Assembly: GCF_006345805.1 (NCBI RefSeq)
Contig: NC_043011.1
Location: forward strand, 1,426,001-1,490,000
DNA from: Octopus sinensis
Taxonomy: Eukaryota
DNA length: 64,000 bases
Direction of reading: 5' to 3'
The translations under genes were made by a program, and so were the position numbers. Numbering within the stretch: the stretch's first letter is position 1; the number at the start of each line of letters is the position of its first letter. A model generated the notes under the pieces. It saw only the letters and a program-made list of their open reading frames with translations. It was not told the origin of the DNA and made no database searches. This document shows positions 13,311 through 25,963 of the stretch, piece after piece.

Positions 13311-13334
13311 TCCTCCTCCTCCTCCTCCTCCTCC

Positions 13335-13367
<33 letters not shown>

Positions 13368-13383
13368 CCATCATCATCACCTG

Positions 13384-13419
<36 letters not shown>

Positions 13420-13441
13420 GTCATCGTCATCATCATCATTG

Positions 13442-13482
<41 letters not shown>
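13311..13482. repeat. (CCT)n(CAT)n microsatellite
   Basis: Direct reading. Confidence 0.95.
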
Positions 13483-13483
<1 letters not shown>

Positions 13484-14340
13484 CTGCCAATAAATAATTG
13501 TTTGACATGTATTTCTCCATGTTGAAATAGTTGGCCTCATCAACATGTCTCTCATTATCAGTGTATTCTGTCATACCTCTAACCAAAAGACTAAACCACA
13601 GTTATTTTTATTGATGCATCACAAAAACGTTGATTTTTATAGAAATCTATCAATGGTATATGGTTATTGCTACTGTTGTTGTTCCCGACATTGCTGACGT
13701 TGTTGTCGATGAGAACTAGTCCCAATAAACTCTTGGAGCAGATCGATGAAACAGAGAGAGCCAATCAAACGAGTTCTTATTTCTTAATGTTTGCAGCATT
13801 TTAAAAAAAAATTATTCTTTAGTTTAACATCTAATTTTCTGGCATATTGAACTGCAAATTTTTGTTTTATTATCTCCCTTTTTTCAGAAAAAAAATATTA
13901 AAAAAAACAATGCACATATTTCATCATAATCAATATTATGGTTGGAAATTTTCTATAAGAATAATTGTGCAGATTTTCTTATTGTTAAAATAGTAATATA
14001 AGAAGTATGTCAATCCAATAGTTCTTCTATTTTTTTTAATGTTAAACTTCAATGGGAAAATATGATTTGGATTGATTTTTGTTTTTGGGTAACACACACT
14101 TAAGATGCTGCTTTACTCACAGTAAAACGTAACAGGCTTGTTAGTTTATCTTATAAATATATCCTGACTTATCTTAACTATGTTTATGATTTCATATCTC
14201 CTTTTTTTTCATAGGTCTACATCTGTAATTTATGCATATATATATATATACATGCAGTCACTTATACCAGTGCATATATATACTTATAAGAATATGTTTC
14301 TGTATATGGATACATATATACATATGTGTGCATGTGTGGG

Positions 14341-14383
<43 letters not shown>

Positions 14384-14737
14384 CTTGCTCTGTGGTTTTC
14401 TTGTTAGTCATTAAAAGCTATATGAAATGCGCACTTTTTAGATATTCTTTTCAGATTACAATATGGCTAATCACTTACTGGTGGATCAAGTTTGAAAATC
14501 AGTTATTTGCGCAGCAACATCTATGCATATATATATATATATATGCATGTGTGTGTGCAAGTGTGTATGCATGTGTTTCTGTGCATTCATGTGTGTGTGT
14601 GTGGTAAACTTTCAAGGTCGAAGAGTCTTATTTCACAACTTTATTTATAAAAGAAAAATACAGTAACTGATAAATATTTTCTACTTACATACATTGAAAT
14701 ATAAGGTTAATACTTTCAAAGATAAAAATCATATATA

Positions 14738-14899
14738 GGCGCAGGAGTGGCTGTGTGGTAAGTAGTTTGCTTACCAACCACATGGTTTCAGGTTCAGTCC
14801 CACTGTGTAGCACCTTGGGCAAGTGTCTTCTACTACAGCCTTGGGCCGATCAAAGCCTTGTGAGTGGACTTGATAGACGGAAACTGAAAGAAGACCGTC

Positions 14900-14935
<36 letters not shown>

Positions 14936-15150
14936 TTGTGTCTGTGTTTGTCTGCCCCAACATCGCTTGACAACCGATGCTGGTGTGTTTACATCCCATA
15001 ACTTAGCGGTTCGGCAAAAGAGACTGATAGAATAAGTACTAGACTTACAAAGAATAATCCTGGGGTCGATTTGCTCGACAAAAGGTGGTGCTCCAGCATG
15101 GCCGCAGTCAAATGACTGAAACAAGTAAGAGAGTAAAGAGTAAAAGAGAG
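14738..15150 (+). mobile_element. Family A SINE
   Basis: Full head, hinge and tail. Confidence 0.92.
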
Positions 15151-15380
15151 ATCGTCATCGTCCTCATCAGCATCTTTATCATTTAACATGTTTTATATGC
15201 TGGCATGGGTTGGGCAGTTTGACAGAAGCTGGTCAGCTGGAGAGCTACCTAGGCTCTCTGTCTGTTATGGCATGGTTTCTACATCTTGATGCCCTTCCTA
15301 ATGCCAACCACTTTACAGAATGTACTCGGTACTTTCATGTAGCAGTGGCATGGGTGCTTTTTATGTAGCACCAGCACTAA
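15151..15380 (-). mobile_element. RTE-family 3' UTR fragment
   Basis: gcatgggttgg...gtttcta...gatgcccttcctaatgccaaccac shared with the 3' UTR at 52.1-52.2 kb. Confidence 0.75.
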
Positions 15381-15621
15381 CGAACCTGCAAGATTAAGAA
15401 AATATTTAAATACCTATGTATTTGCAAATACATATCAGAATGTCATCATCAGCATTATCATTGTCATCATTTACATCTGGTTTCTAATCAAGCAAGAGTT
15501 GGAAAGGTGATCACCGACTATGTCAGTTCTTGCTGGATTACTGTCTTCTTAGATGGTTCAGAGAACTATATCTTACTTGAACATTCCATTTCTGGCATGT
15601 TTTATATAATTGAATGCATTT

Positions 15622-16121
15622 CCTAACCATATCCACTTTATATAACATACATCATCTCGAAAGAGTCCAGAAGCTGGCTACCCGCATGGTTCTTGGTCTC
15701 AAACATTTGTCTTATAAAGAAAGGCTGAAGATGCTCGACCTTTATTCTCTAGAAAAACGCCGCCACCGTGGTGATCTCATTCTTGCTCACAACATCATAA
15801 GCGGTAAGTGTAACCTCTCAAAAGAGCTGTTCTTCACTCCTGCTCCAGAGCGTCGGCTTCGGGGTCATTCAGAAAAGCTCTATCTGCGACGATTTCATCT
15901 CAATCGAAGGAGAGGGGCTTTCTCTGTCCGGGTTGTGGATCCATGGAATAAGCTGCCGGACGAGATAGTGAAGATGCCGACGACCGCTCGGTTCAAAGTC
16001 TCTCTTGACCAGAAATGGCCTGAACTCTTTGCATGAACACCCTCCCTGTACATAACTCCATGTCCCCCTACATGGCCTTGCTTTTTGAGCCAATAAATTA
16101 ACTTAACTTAACTTAACTTAT
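15622..16121 (+). mobile_element. CR1-clade LINE 3' end, 5'-truncated
   Basis: IHHLERVQKLATRMV..YKERLKMLDLYSLEKRRHRGDLI..LRGHSEKL..FSVRVVDPWNKLP; (ttaac)n tail; probable TSD aatgcattt at 15613-15621 and 16124-16132. Confidence 0.93.
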
Positions 16122-17008
16122 AAAATGCATTTAATCCTGTCGCCATCTGAAGAGACTAAAGAGTCCTCTCTGGTCTACGTTGTGCAGTGTGCTTTTATTG
16201 TAGAAAACACATGCATTGTCTTCTGCAAGACTAAGGAATTCTCTCTATGCAGTCAAAGCAAACATAATCAAGAATATGATTAGAAGAGCGATAACCAGAG
16301 TGTGAAAGAGAAGAGAATATGAATATGACGGGTGCGTGGGGTGGGGGTGGGGGGAAACAGAGATGGGATGATATGTGAGAAGGAAAATATAGAAGACACA
16401 GTGTTGCCTATTTGGTGGTCGGTGGTACTCGGCTGGAAGTTAACCAGTAAAAAAAGCATGAGCAGCTCGAAGGCACACAAATAACAATATGTCATGATTA
16501 GAGAATGCAAGTAATGAATAGCAATAAAGATTGGTGACGGTAAGAGTGATGGGGGTATTGTAAGAAACACAGTAATAGATATTTGTTTTTTTTTGTTGGC
16601 AGAAAGTTGAGTAGAAAAGCAGCATGTTCAGTGTTAATGGGAATGTAATAAAGATGTATGATAGTATAAGAGGGAGAGAGAGAGAGGGGGGAGGGAGGGA
16701 AGGGGGGAGGGAGGGATAGAGTGAGTGATGGACAGCAACAGATATGATGATGGTAAGAGTGCAAGATATCAACTTTAGACTCATATGGATTTGGGAGAGA
16801 ATAATGATTAGTGGTATAGTGTAGCAGAGGAAGTATAATATACAGAAAAAATTCCTTGCCCACCCCTCATTAGACATATGTTGTGATGGAAGAGAGGAGT
16901 GGAAAGAAATGGAGTGATGGGAGAAAGATGGCTTGAAGATGATAATGGGTGATAGTGGAGTGATGGAGTACAGACCATCACTTGTTGCACAGATGGTATT
17001 GTATGATA

Positions 17009-17241
17009 AAGGTGGCGAGCTGGCAGAAACGTTAGCACGCCGGGCGAAATGTGTAGCCGTATTTCGTCTGCCATTACATTCTGAGTTCAAATTCCGTCGA
17101 GGTCGACTTTGCCTTTCATCCTTTTGGGGTCGATAAATTAAGTACCAGTTACGCACTGGGGTCGATGTAATCGACTTAATGCCTATGTCTGTCCTTGTTT
17201 GTCCCCTCTGTGTGTAGCCCCTTGTGGGCAGTAAAGAAATA
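17009..17241 (+). mobile_element. Family B SINE
   Basis: Full length; imperfect TSD ggtatt(g/c)tatgat. Confidence 0.92.
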
Positions 17242-17384
17242 GGTATTCTATGATGAAAGGAATAGAGGTGAGGTATAATGAATAATGTAGAAGATAGAGA
17301 CCATCATTATATTACTGACCAGTTTATCATGATTACCCTAATAGGTATAATAGTGGTCGTTCCCCTATTATCATTGTTCTTACC

Positions 17385-17915
17385 ATCCTTTTTGTGAATT
17401 TCTGCTTCATGAGGTCAATTTTTACCAGTTCAACCCATGTCTTCCCTGGTTTCCATTTTTCATAAGTTCCATTTATTTCAAATGCTTAGCATTTCTTTAC
17501 ATAGAATAAATCTTCCATATATATGTCAAACATTCATCACCAGCACAGCCTTTAGTACACTACATATGATTCCTCTTATATCCATCTTTTCTGAAAGGTC
17601 ATTTGTAATTCATCTTCCACACACACACTAATATTACACATCCATTAGAATATGCTTGCTTCATTTCTTTTACAGTTACAAACCATCCCCATTCTGGTGC
17701 CATGTCTCACTACCATGCATTGTGGTACTTCATACCCAAGTGTTATACACTCTGGCCTTTATCAATAAAAGAAAACCCTTTAATATATGCAAAGGTTATA
17801 GTTCTTTGAACTTTTCCCCCACCCTACTCTAACTCTGGTTACTATGCTTTTTGTACATCCACCTCAAAGTTGATCCCCCAGACAGCAGAAGCTGCTGACT
17901 ACTATTTGTCCCTTC
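17385..17915 (-). mobile_element. Old RTE-clade LINE fragment
   Basis: Decayed SFCCLGDQL..TRVRVGWGKFKEL..MHGSETW and later PGKTWVELVK motifs. Confidence 0.7.
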
Positions 17916-17953
17916 AGATGCACACACCAGTCTTATGCATCTAGTATGTTTTA

Positions 17954-18232
17954 TTGCAATATTGAATAAAATGGAGGCAAGCAAGGGAGTAAGCTTCAAT
18001 ATAGTTATTTAATATATGCAATGCAGATACAATATCTCCTTTGATTACTTTCTAATCATATAGAAACTAAGAGCTGCATGCTTGGTGGCCTAAATTTGGA
18101 ACAGCATGCCAGCAAGAGAAATGAAATTGTCAAAGAAACAATGTTGATCAAATAGATTGTTAGTTTCAGGCTCTGGTAACACCTATTGCTTCTAATCCAG
18201 GTCATCACTTCTATAACATCTCTAACCATTTA
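17954..18232. repeat. Left arm of a 279-bp inverted duplication (partner 22778-23056)
   Basis: Reverse complement of 22778-23056 with about 4 mismatches. Confidence 0.95.
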
Positions 18233-18237
18233 AAAAA

Positions 18238-18466
18238 ATTTCTTTACTACCCACAAGGGGCTAAACACAGAGAGGATAAGCAAGGACAGACAAACGGATT
18301 AAGTCGATTACAGCGACCCCAGTGCGTAACTGGTACTTATTTAATCGACCCCGAAAGGATGAAAGGCTAAGTCAACCTCGGCGGAATTTGAACTCAGAAC
18401 GTAACGGCAGATGAAATACCTCTAAGCATTTCGCCCGGCGTGCTAACGATTCTGCCAGCTCGCCGC
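18238..18466 (-). mobile_element. Family B SINE
   Basis: Full length; accattta at 18225-18232 and 18469-18476 is a probable TSD. Confidence 0.92.
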
Positions 18467-18720
18467 CTTGACCATTTACCAGATGCATAAACACACATGA
18501 ACACTAGTGTTATACACACATACATGTATGCATAGCAGATATACAAGCACTTGCACCAGATACACATATTCACATGAAATACACACAAGCATATATATAC
18601 ACAATGATCTGATGTCATCAATGCGTGCATACACAAATGCATGTATGTGTGCAGCAGACACATGCACATATGAAAGGCTTTCTTCACACATCAGGTATAT
18701 ACATGCACATATACCCATAC

Positions 18721-18941
18721 TGATGATCTGCTGTTGCTTCCACTTTCTAGACAGTTACCACCAACATCCTGTCTGAGCACATGGCTCCAAGAATTCAATT
18801 TTGAACTTTTGTTATTAACATCTATGTTGATAACACCATGTGTCCCACGTTGGTTGATAGCAGCCCAATATCCAGAAGCTATCTTGGGACCCTTTTCAAT
18901 TAGTTTCTCCAAGCCTGATGAAATAGGTTTGATGGTAGACC
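18721..18941 (-). CDS. Candidate 221-nt coding exon of an unidentified host gene (STIKPISSGLEKLIEKGPKIASGYWAAINQRGTHGVINIDVNNKSSKLNSWSHVLRQDVGGNCLESGSNSRSS)
   Basis: Acceptor aagttccgtAG, donor TCA|gtatgg; only one open minus-strand frame; higher GC than flanks; not homologous to any repeat in the window. Confidence 0.55.
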
Positions 18942-19123
18942 CTACGGAACTTTAAGTTGCATGGAACCAAATCAAACTGTTATTAGATAAATAGATAAAT
19001 TATATATATATATATGTACACACACACACACACACATATATTATGCATACATATGTAGTGATGTATATATTTCTGTCCTTAGGTTGTAAAATTGCAAATT
19101 AGCTACTCATATAATATATATAT

Positions 19124-19155
<32 letters not shown>

Positions 19156-19757
19156 ATATAGATAGATAGATAGATAGATAGATACATACATACATACATA
19201 TATACACACATACATATACGAAAAATTTAATCATTACTAACTGTGAATGAGGGTGCTGAATAGCATCGATATTGCAAGAAATAAGAGATAAAACTGTTAA
19301 GGCTGCATAAAGTGCACAATATATATACAACTACAGAAGAGATTACTGCCACATGAACAATGCTAGAAGCACAGAAGTAGACTAGTTTCATCCTTTAGTG
19401 TGCTTCATGCGGCCTTAAGGTTTTTAACTCTTATTTCTTATTAATATAGGTGTTATTCAGCACCATCAGTCACAATGAGTGACAATTAAATTTTTCCTTT
19501 CTGGCTTTATATTGCACCTAGCTGCTTATATGAATTTTTAGTATACATATTAGCAGTTTGCTAAATCAGACATTGATTTATATGATAAATATATATACTG
19601 ACAGATGGATTTAGCCAAACAACCCAAACAATGGAGTTGGCATTGCTGACAAACTAACAGACAATATAGGTGTTTTTCAGCACTGTCAGTCACAATTAGT
19701 GATGATTACATTTTTCCTTTATGGTTTTATATTACACCTAGCTGCTTATATTAATTT

Positions 19758-19821
<64 letters not shown>

Positions 19822-19859
19822 GCATACATACATATATATATTATCTAGGGTTTTGTGAT

Positions 19860-21240
19860 CAATGTCCTGTGTCCTCAGGTCAATGCAGTCATTGAAGTAA
19901 GGATTCCAGCTATGTAATAGATATTCATAGAAACATTTGCTGTGATTTAGGTTACATTGTTCATTCCTTTAGACTTTTAGGTATACTATGATCAGTTGGC
20001 ATAAGTTGGGGTAACTATCATTCCCATTGCAGTCCCTGGTATTTCTTTGTAAATGATGTCAAAAAATTATTTTGTTGGAGGATTTATATTATTTCAGTGA
20101 TGATCCTGTTTCTTATTTGATAAAAATTTTCATCTGAGATTTTTCATGCCAGAATTCTACTGCTTCTTGACCATATTTATATGGTATTGAAATACAAAGC
20201 TTTACTACCACAAAAGATATAAACTTGTTTCTATACACTTGTTTGGAGGAGGGGGTGATTCAACCTGTTCATATATTTCAGAATAGGTTTCAGGAGTATG
20301 TTGTCAAATTTACTGGGGGAGTTTCAATGGCTAGGCCTGCTATAATTGATCTTAATTTAAGATCATTGGAGTATTTTCCATTTATACATATTTAAGATGT
20401 TTCCTTACAAACAACATGTATTATTTTGCTCTTTTAGATTTTGAAAGTCTGTAGAAACTGCATTCAAATTTCATTTAGAAGATCTATTTCTTGTTTACTC
20501 TCTTTTTTCTCTTTCCCTTTAACTTGTTTCAATCCTTTGACTGCAGCCATGCTGGAGCACTACCTTTAGTTGAGCAAATCGACCCCAGGACTTATTCTTT
20601 GTAAGCCTAGTTCTTGTTTTATCAGTCTCTTTATGCCAAACTGCTAAGTTATGGGAATTTAACCACACCAACATCGGTTGTCAAGCAATGTTGGGGACAA
20701 ACACACATATATATATATACATATACATATATACGACAGGCTTCTTTCAGTTTCCACCTACTAAATCCACTCACAAGGCTTTGGTAGGCCCGAGGCTATA
20801 GTAGAAGACACTTACCCAATGTGCCACACAGTGGGACTGAACCTGGAACCATGTGGTTGGTAAGCAAGCTACTTACCACACAGCCACTTTGTTAATTTTT
20901 TACAGTAGGTAAATGAAGGTACTGAGTTTCTTCATCATTTCTGATTGTTGATAATTATCTACCATTTGATAATAACCAACAGCCAGTGGTACATGCAAAT
21001 TCCTTTGACTGCATCACAAAATATTATCTTTTAATCTTATCCTTTTGTTGTTATTGTATTTAGTGACAATTACTTGGTTTTTGTCAAGTTTTCTGTAACA
21101 ATTGTTTGTTCTTAGGTCCAAATTATGGCTTATTCTGTCTGGGATTTTTTGCAAGTTATAATCCCTGCTTTTTTGAGTCTTTTGCAATCCATGGTAATAG
21201 GAGATAGTCTGTCTTAAAGGATGGGGGCTTTGGAGTCCTC
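19860..21240 (-). mobile_element. Decayed Penelope-like element reverse transcriptase, split by a SINE
   Basis: Frame-broken motifs in correct order: LRSIIAGLAIET, ILLKPILKY, SIPYKYGQEAVEFW, GTAMGMIVTPTYAN, WNPYFNDCI (compare LRPIIAGP, NIPHxYGLEA, GTAMGTxxAPTYANL, WKRYLDDCF). Confidence 0.75.
20495..20889 (-). mobile_element. Family A SINE inside the Penelope relic
   Basis: Head, hinge and tail recognisable. Confidence 0.9.
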
Positions 21241-21260
21241 TAGTTAAGTTGTTACATTGT

Positions 21261-21488
21261 TTAACCCTTTAGTATTCAAATTAATATGTCAGAAGTAATC
21301 CTTATTTATTTACATTTAAAAAAATTAACCTGGTATTATCTTGTAGCTTCAAGATTTGAAAGATGTAATTGTTTATTTTTAGAATGACATTGCAGGGTAG
21401 GTGTGAGATACTGGTTCTGGCCAGTTTGAACATAAAATGAGTAGAATATATGGGCTGGATATAACCGGTTTAAACACTAAAGGGCTAA
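21261..21488. mobile_element. 228-bp piggyBac-type MITE
   Basis: TTAA|CCCTTTAG ... CTAAAGGG|CTAA termini; same length and family as 58451-58678. Confidence 0.8.
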
Positions 21489-22777
21489 ATACTCTGGAAT
21501 TAATGATATTGTTTTTGCATTCTTCATGGTTACAATTTTTACTTTTTGATACTTGTACAGTTTGTGAATAGAGTTTATAGATTTGGCTTTTAGCAGTAAT
21601 GTGTTAACAGTATATTTCTTGAATTTCTTTTCATAATTGCTTAATCAATTAGCAGGCACCCCTCATTTCTAAAAAAATGTTAATGTTTCGTTTTCACACC
21701 TTTTTCTCCCCTAACTTTAATATTGTTCTCATGTAAAGGTATTCATTTTCCTTTCTTCAATTTCCAATTCTATCTATTGATTTGAATTTTTGTTTAGTGG
21801 AATTTCCTTTTCTCATAATAATTCAGTTTTGACTTTGAAGATGTCAAAAGCCATCTTCTTTCTAAGTTTTCTTTGTGGTTCAACTTCATCATTGATAGGT
21901 TTCATTTCTAATTTTCCGAGAAGAGCAGTTGGTGTTGAATTAATCCAGCTTTCAAGTATTTCCCATTTGCTGCTTTTTTTCAACATGTACACACATTATA
22001 CATACATACACACAAAAACACAAACATACTTGATACTTTCCCAATTCCATCAACTACCATTGCAATAATATGATATGGTATAAATCTATATCTATATCTG
22101 TCTATCTGACCATTCATCCATTCATCCATCCATCCATTCATCCATCCACCCACCCATCAATATATTATTGCAGTGATGAATGAGAGAATTGGGAAAGTGC
22201 CAGATAAAATGCCTTTATCAATTCTAATTCTAAGAGGCCGACTTTGCATTTCATCCTTTGGGGATTGATAAAGTTATTACCAAGGGCTTGGTTTGGTAAA
22301 CAATTTCCTCCTTTTCCTAAATCACATGTTCCAATACCAATGTTGGAAGTCTGTATACTTGTTGCAAATGAAGATAAAAAATATGCATACAACTATTTTA
22401 TCTTGATTTTGATTGGATTTAATTTTGCAGTAGCTTGTAATCATCTTTTGGGTTCATCAATTATTAGGTCAATGAAAATGTTTCAATCAATACTGAACAG
22501 TTTTAATGTTTTCCTTCAAAATTGTAGACCAAAACAGTTACAGCTCAGAAGTTTTAGTATGCTAACTATGATCATGTTTTATTTATAACTGAAACTATGC
22601 AAATACTTTATGTGAGGAAATATTCCTTGGCTGCGCTAAATGCAAAAAAATTTTCTTTAAAAATAACAATTATCATAACTTAGTCATGTTCTCTCGTTGA
22701 TTTTTAGTTTTAACCTCAAATAAATTTATTCCAGATTTAAAGTTGTCTTCCATATCTCAAGTGTCAATAAAATAAAG

Positions 22778-23056
22778 TAAATGGTCAGACATGTTATAGA
22801 AGTGATGACCTGGATTAGAAGTAATAGGTGTTACCAGAGCCTGAAACTAACAATCTATTTGATCAACATTGTTTCTTTGACAATTTCATTTCTCTTGCTG
22901 GCATGCTGTTCCAAATTTAGGCCACCAAGCATGCAGCTCTTATTTTCTATATGATTAGAAAGTAATCAAAGGAGATATTGTATCTGCATTGCATATATTA
23001 AATAACTATATTGAAGCTTACTCCCTTGCTTGCCTCCATTTTATTCAATATTGCAA
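22778..23056. repeat. Right arm of the 279-bp inverted duplication
   Basis: Reverse complement of 17954-18232. Confidence 0.95.
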
Positions 23057-24218
23057 AAAGAGATTGCATAAATATTAGATGTGATCTTTTCTGACCGCCG
23101 CATTTTCTTGTACTTAGCTATTCAATGCACTACGGAGATACAGCGTGATCTGAGGAAAGGGTAAATTATAACATTTTTGTGGGTTACTCTTATATATTGA
23201 ATTATTTACCACTGTACCATTATTTTGTTTGTAATGAAAAGATCAGCAAAAAATAAAGTATAAATGGTTTCTTTGTTATTTCAAAAATGAGCGTTCTAGT
23301 CGAACAATCAACTGAGCTACCTTCTCGTTAAATTATAGTCTAACTGAGTTTTCACAGAAACTTGTGTATTCTCATAACATAACCTTCAGACATAAGCAGT
23401 ACAAGACTATGCTTGACAAGACCAAGACTAGCCTGTTTTGGAAAACAGGAATAATCCATGTGATACACTTCCATACAATTTCTGCCAATGCAATTTCATA
23501 CACAGAAAGGGATTGACCTGAAGTTTTTGGCAGAGGACAACTAACCAAGTGCTTTATAATTACAAAACAAATCTCTTACCTTTTGAACTTGCTTGTACCT
23601 CTGAGTAAATCACGCAATCACAGAAACTGATTGGCTTCAATTAAGCAACAAATTTAGAACCTTGTTCATGCTTTAATGAAGATTTAAAATGAAGTTTAAA
23701 GCACTTTGTCTAATAAAATGCAATTATTTATGAAGAGGTTAGTGTAATTTTATTTTTTTATGGTAAAAAAAAAAAGCAATAAATATAAAATGATATAAAA
23801 ATATTTATTTTCAATAAAGAATTCTTTAATTAACCAGATTTTGGTCTAGAGAATTAAAGAAGATTAAATCTTAGTTTCAACAGAATTATTTCAGGATTGT
23901 TACAAATGATAGCTCCAGAAATATTTGAAAACACTCTAGGAGTGGCTGTGTGGTAAATAGCTTGCTTACCAACCACATGTTTCCGGGTTCAGTCCCACTG
24001 CATGGCACCTTAGGCAAGTGTTTTCTACTATAGCCTCGGGCCGACCCAAGCCTTGTGAGTGGATTTGGTAGGCGGAAACTGAAAGAAGCCCATCGTATAT
24101 ATGTATATATGTATATATATATATATCTCTGGCCGAAATCAGATCGCCATGTTGATTCGTTAGCTACTGCACGCATTTTTTTTCTCTCCTTCTTTCTGTG
24201 TTTTTCTCTCTCTGTGTA

Positions 24219-24256
24219 TCTTTCTGTTGAAGAGCGTAGGCTCGAAACGTTAAAGA
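24219..24256 (+). ncRNA. Minimal type-I hammerhead-ribozyme-like motif, copy 1
   Basis: TCTTT-CTGTTGA-A-GAGC(GTAG)GCTC-GAAA-CGTT-AAAGA: 5-bp helix I, variant core, 4-bp helix II with tetraloop, GAAA, palindromic AACGTT. Confidence 0.6.
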
Positions 24257-24787
24257 CTTGTTTTATTTATATTTCCTGAGCGCCATACTAATACAATTGT
24301 TCGTTTGTTTTCCACCTGCCTTCGTCTTTTGTTTATTTTCATAAAGCTTCCCGTTATATATTATGCGCTCACGTGGTCTCACTTTCATCCTATATTCTAC
24401 CAATACCACTATCAACACTTACCTCTACCTTGGATTTTCTTTACCTCTTGGATACTTACCATTGGCTGCACCTCTCTTTCGCAGATCAAAGTGACTTTGC
24501 ATTGATGTGAAATCCTTAAAAAATATACCACGACGTCTACACATTTCTCACCTTGAACTTTCAACCTTGAACTTGTTCGCATAAACTGTCCCGTTTGTTG
24601 TATTTTTATTTTCTCTTATATTACCACTTTTTTTACATTCATTTCATGCTTCCCACATTTTCCTTCGCTCTCGCGTCTCATGTTTGATCTTTGATCTCTG
24701 GCCGAAATCAGATCGCCATGTTGATTCGTTAGCTACTGCACGCATTTTTTTTCTCTCCTTCTTTCTGTGTTTTTCTCTCTCTGTGTA

Positions 24788-24825
24788 TCTTTCTGTTGAA
24801 GAGCGTAGGCTCGAAACGTTAAAGA
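24788..24825 (+). ncRNA. Hammerhead-like motif, copy 2
   Basis: Identical to copy 1, 569 bp downstream. Confidence 0.6.
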
Positions 24826-25356
24826 CTTGTTTTATTTATATTTCCTGAGCGCCATACTAATACAATTGTTCGTTTGTTTTCCACCTGCCTTCGTCTTTTG
24901 TTTATTTTCATAAAGCTTCCCGTTATATATTATGCGCTCACGTGGTCTCACTTTCATCCTATATTCTACCAATACCACTATCAACACTTACCTCTACCTT
25001 GGATTTTCTTTACCTCTTGGATACTTACCATTGGCTGCACCTCTCTTTCGCAGATCAAAGTGACTTTGCATTGATGTGAAATCCTTAAAAAATATACCAC
25101 GACGTCTACACATTTCTCACCTTGAACTTTCAACCTTGAACTTGTTCGCATAAACTGTCCCGTTTGTTCTATTTTTATTTTCTCTTATATTACCACTTTT
25201 TTTACATTCATTTCATGCTTCCCACATTTTCCTTCGCTCTCGCGTCTCATGTTTGATCTTTGACCTCTGGCCGAAATCAGATCGCCATGTTGATTCGTTA
25301 GCTACTGCACGCATTTTTTTTCTCTCCTTCTTTCTGTGTTTTTCTCTCTCTGTGTA

Positions 25357-25394
25357 TCTTTCTGTTGAAGAGCGTAGGCTCGAAACATTAAAGA
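25357..25394 (+). ncRNA. Hammerhead-like motif, copy 3 (helix III palindrome mutated)
   Basis: GAAACATT instead of GAAACGTT. Confidence 0.45.
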
Positions 25395-25925
25395 CTTGTT
25401 TTATTTATATTTCCTGAGCGCCATACTAATACAATTGTTCGTTTGTTTTCCACCTGCCTTCGTCTTTTGTTTATTTTCATAAAGCTTCCCGTTATATATT
25501 ATGCGCTCACGTGGTCTCACTTTCATCCTATATTCTACCAATACCACTATCAACACTTACCTCTACCTTGGATTTTCTTTACCTCTTGGATACTTACCAT
25601 TGGCTGCACCTCTCTTTCGCGGATCAAAGTGACTTTGCATTGATGTGAAATCCTTAAAAAATATACCACGACGTCTACACATTTCTCACCTTGAACTTTC
25701 AACCTTGAACTTGTTCGCATAAACTGTCCTGTTTGTTGTATTTTTATTTTCTCTTATATTACCACGTTTTTTACATTCATTTCATGCTTCCCACATTTTC
25801 CTTCGCTCTCGCGTCTCATGTTTGATCTTTGACCTCTGGCCGAAATCAGATCGCCATGTTGATTCGTTAGCTACTGCACGCATTTTTTTTCTCTCCTTCT
25901 TTCTGTGTTTTTCTCTCTCTGTGTA

Positions 25926-25963
25926 TCTTTCTGTTGAAGAGCGTAGGCTCGAAACGTTAAAGA
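25926..25963 (+). ncRNA. Hammerhead-like motif, copy 4
   Basis: Identical to copy 1. Confidence 0.6.

Noticed and set aside
18734-18955. Plus-strand ORF/exon opposite the 221-nt candidate exon
   Set aside because: In-register antisense shadow; codon pattern and amino-acid composition favour the minus strand
24305-24505. Repeated 66-aa ORF MFSTCLRLL.. in each 569-bp unit
   Set aside because: Non-ATG start, no recognisable domain, pyrimidine-rich low-complexity composition; it recurs only because the unit repeats
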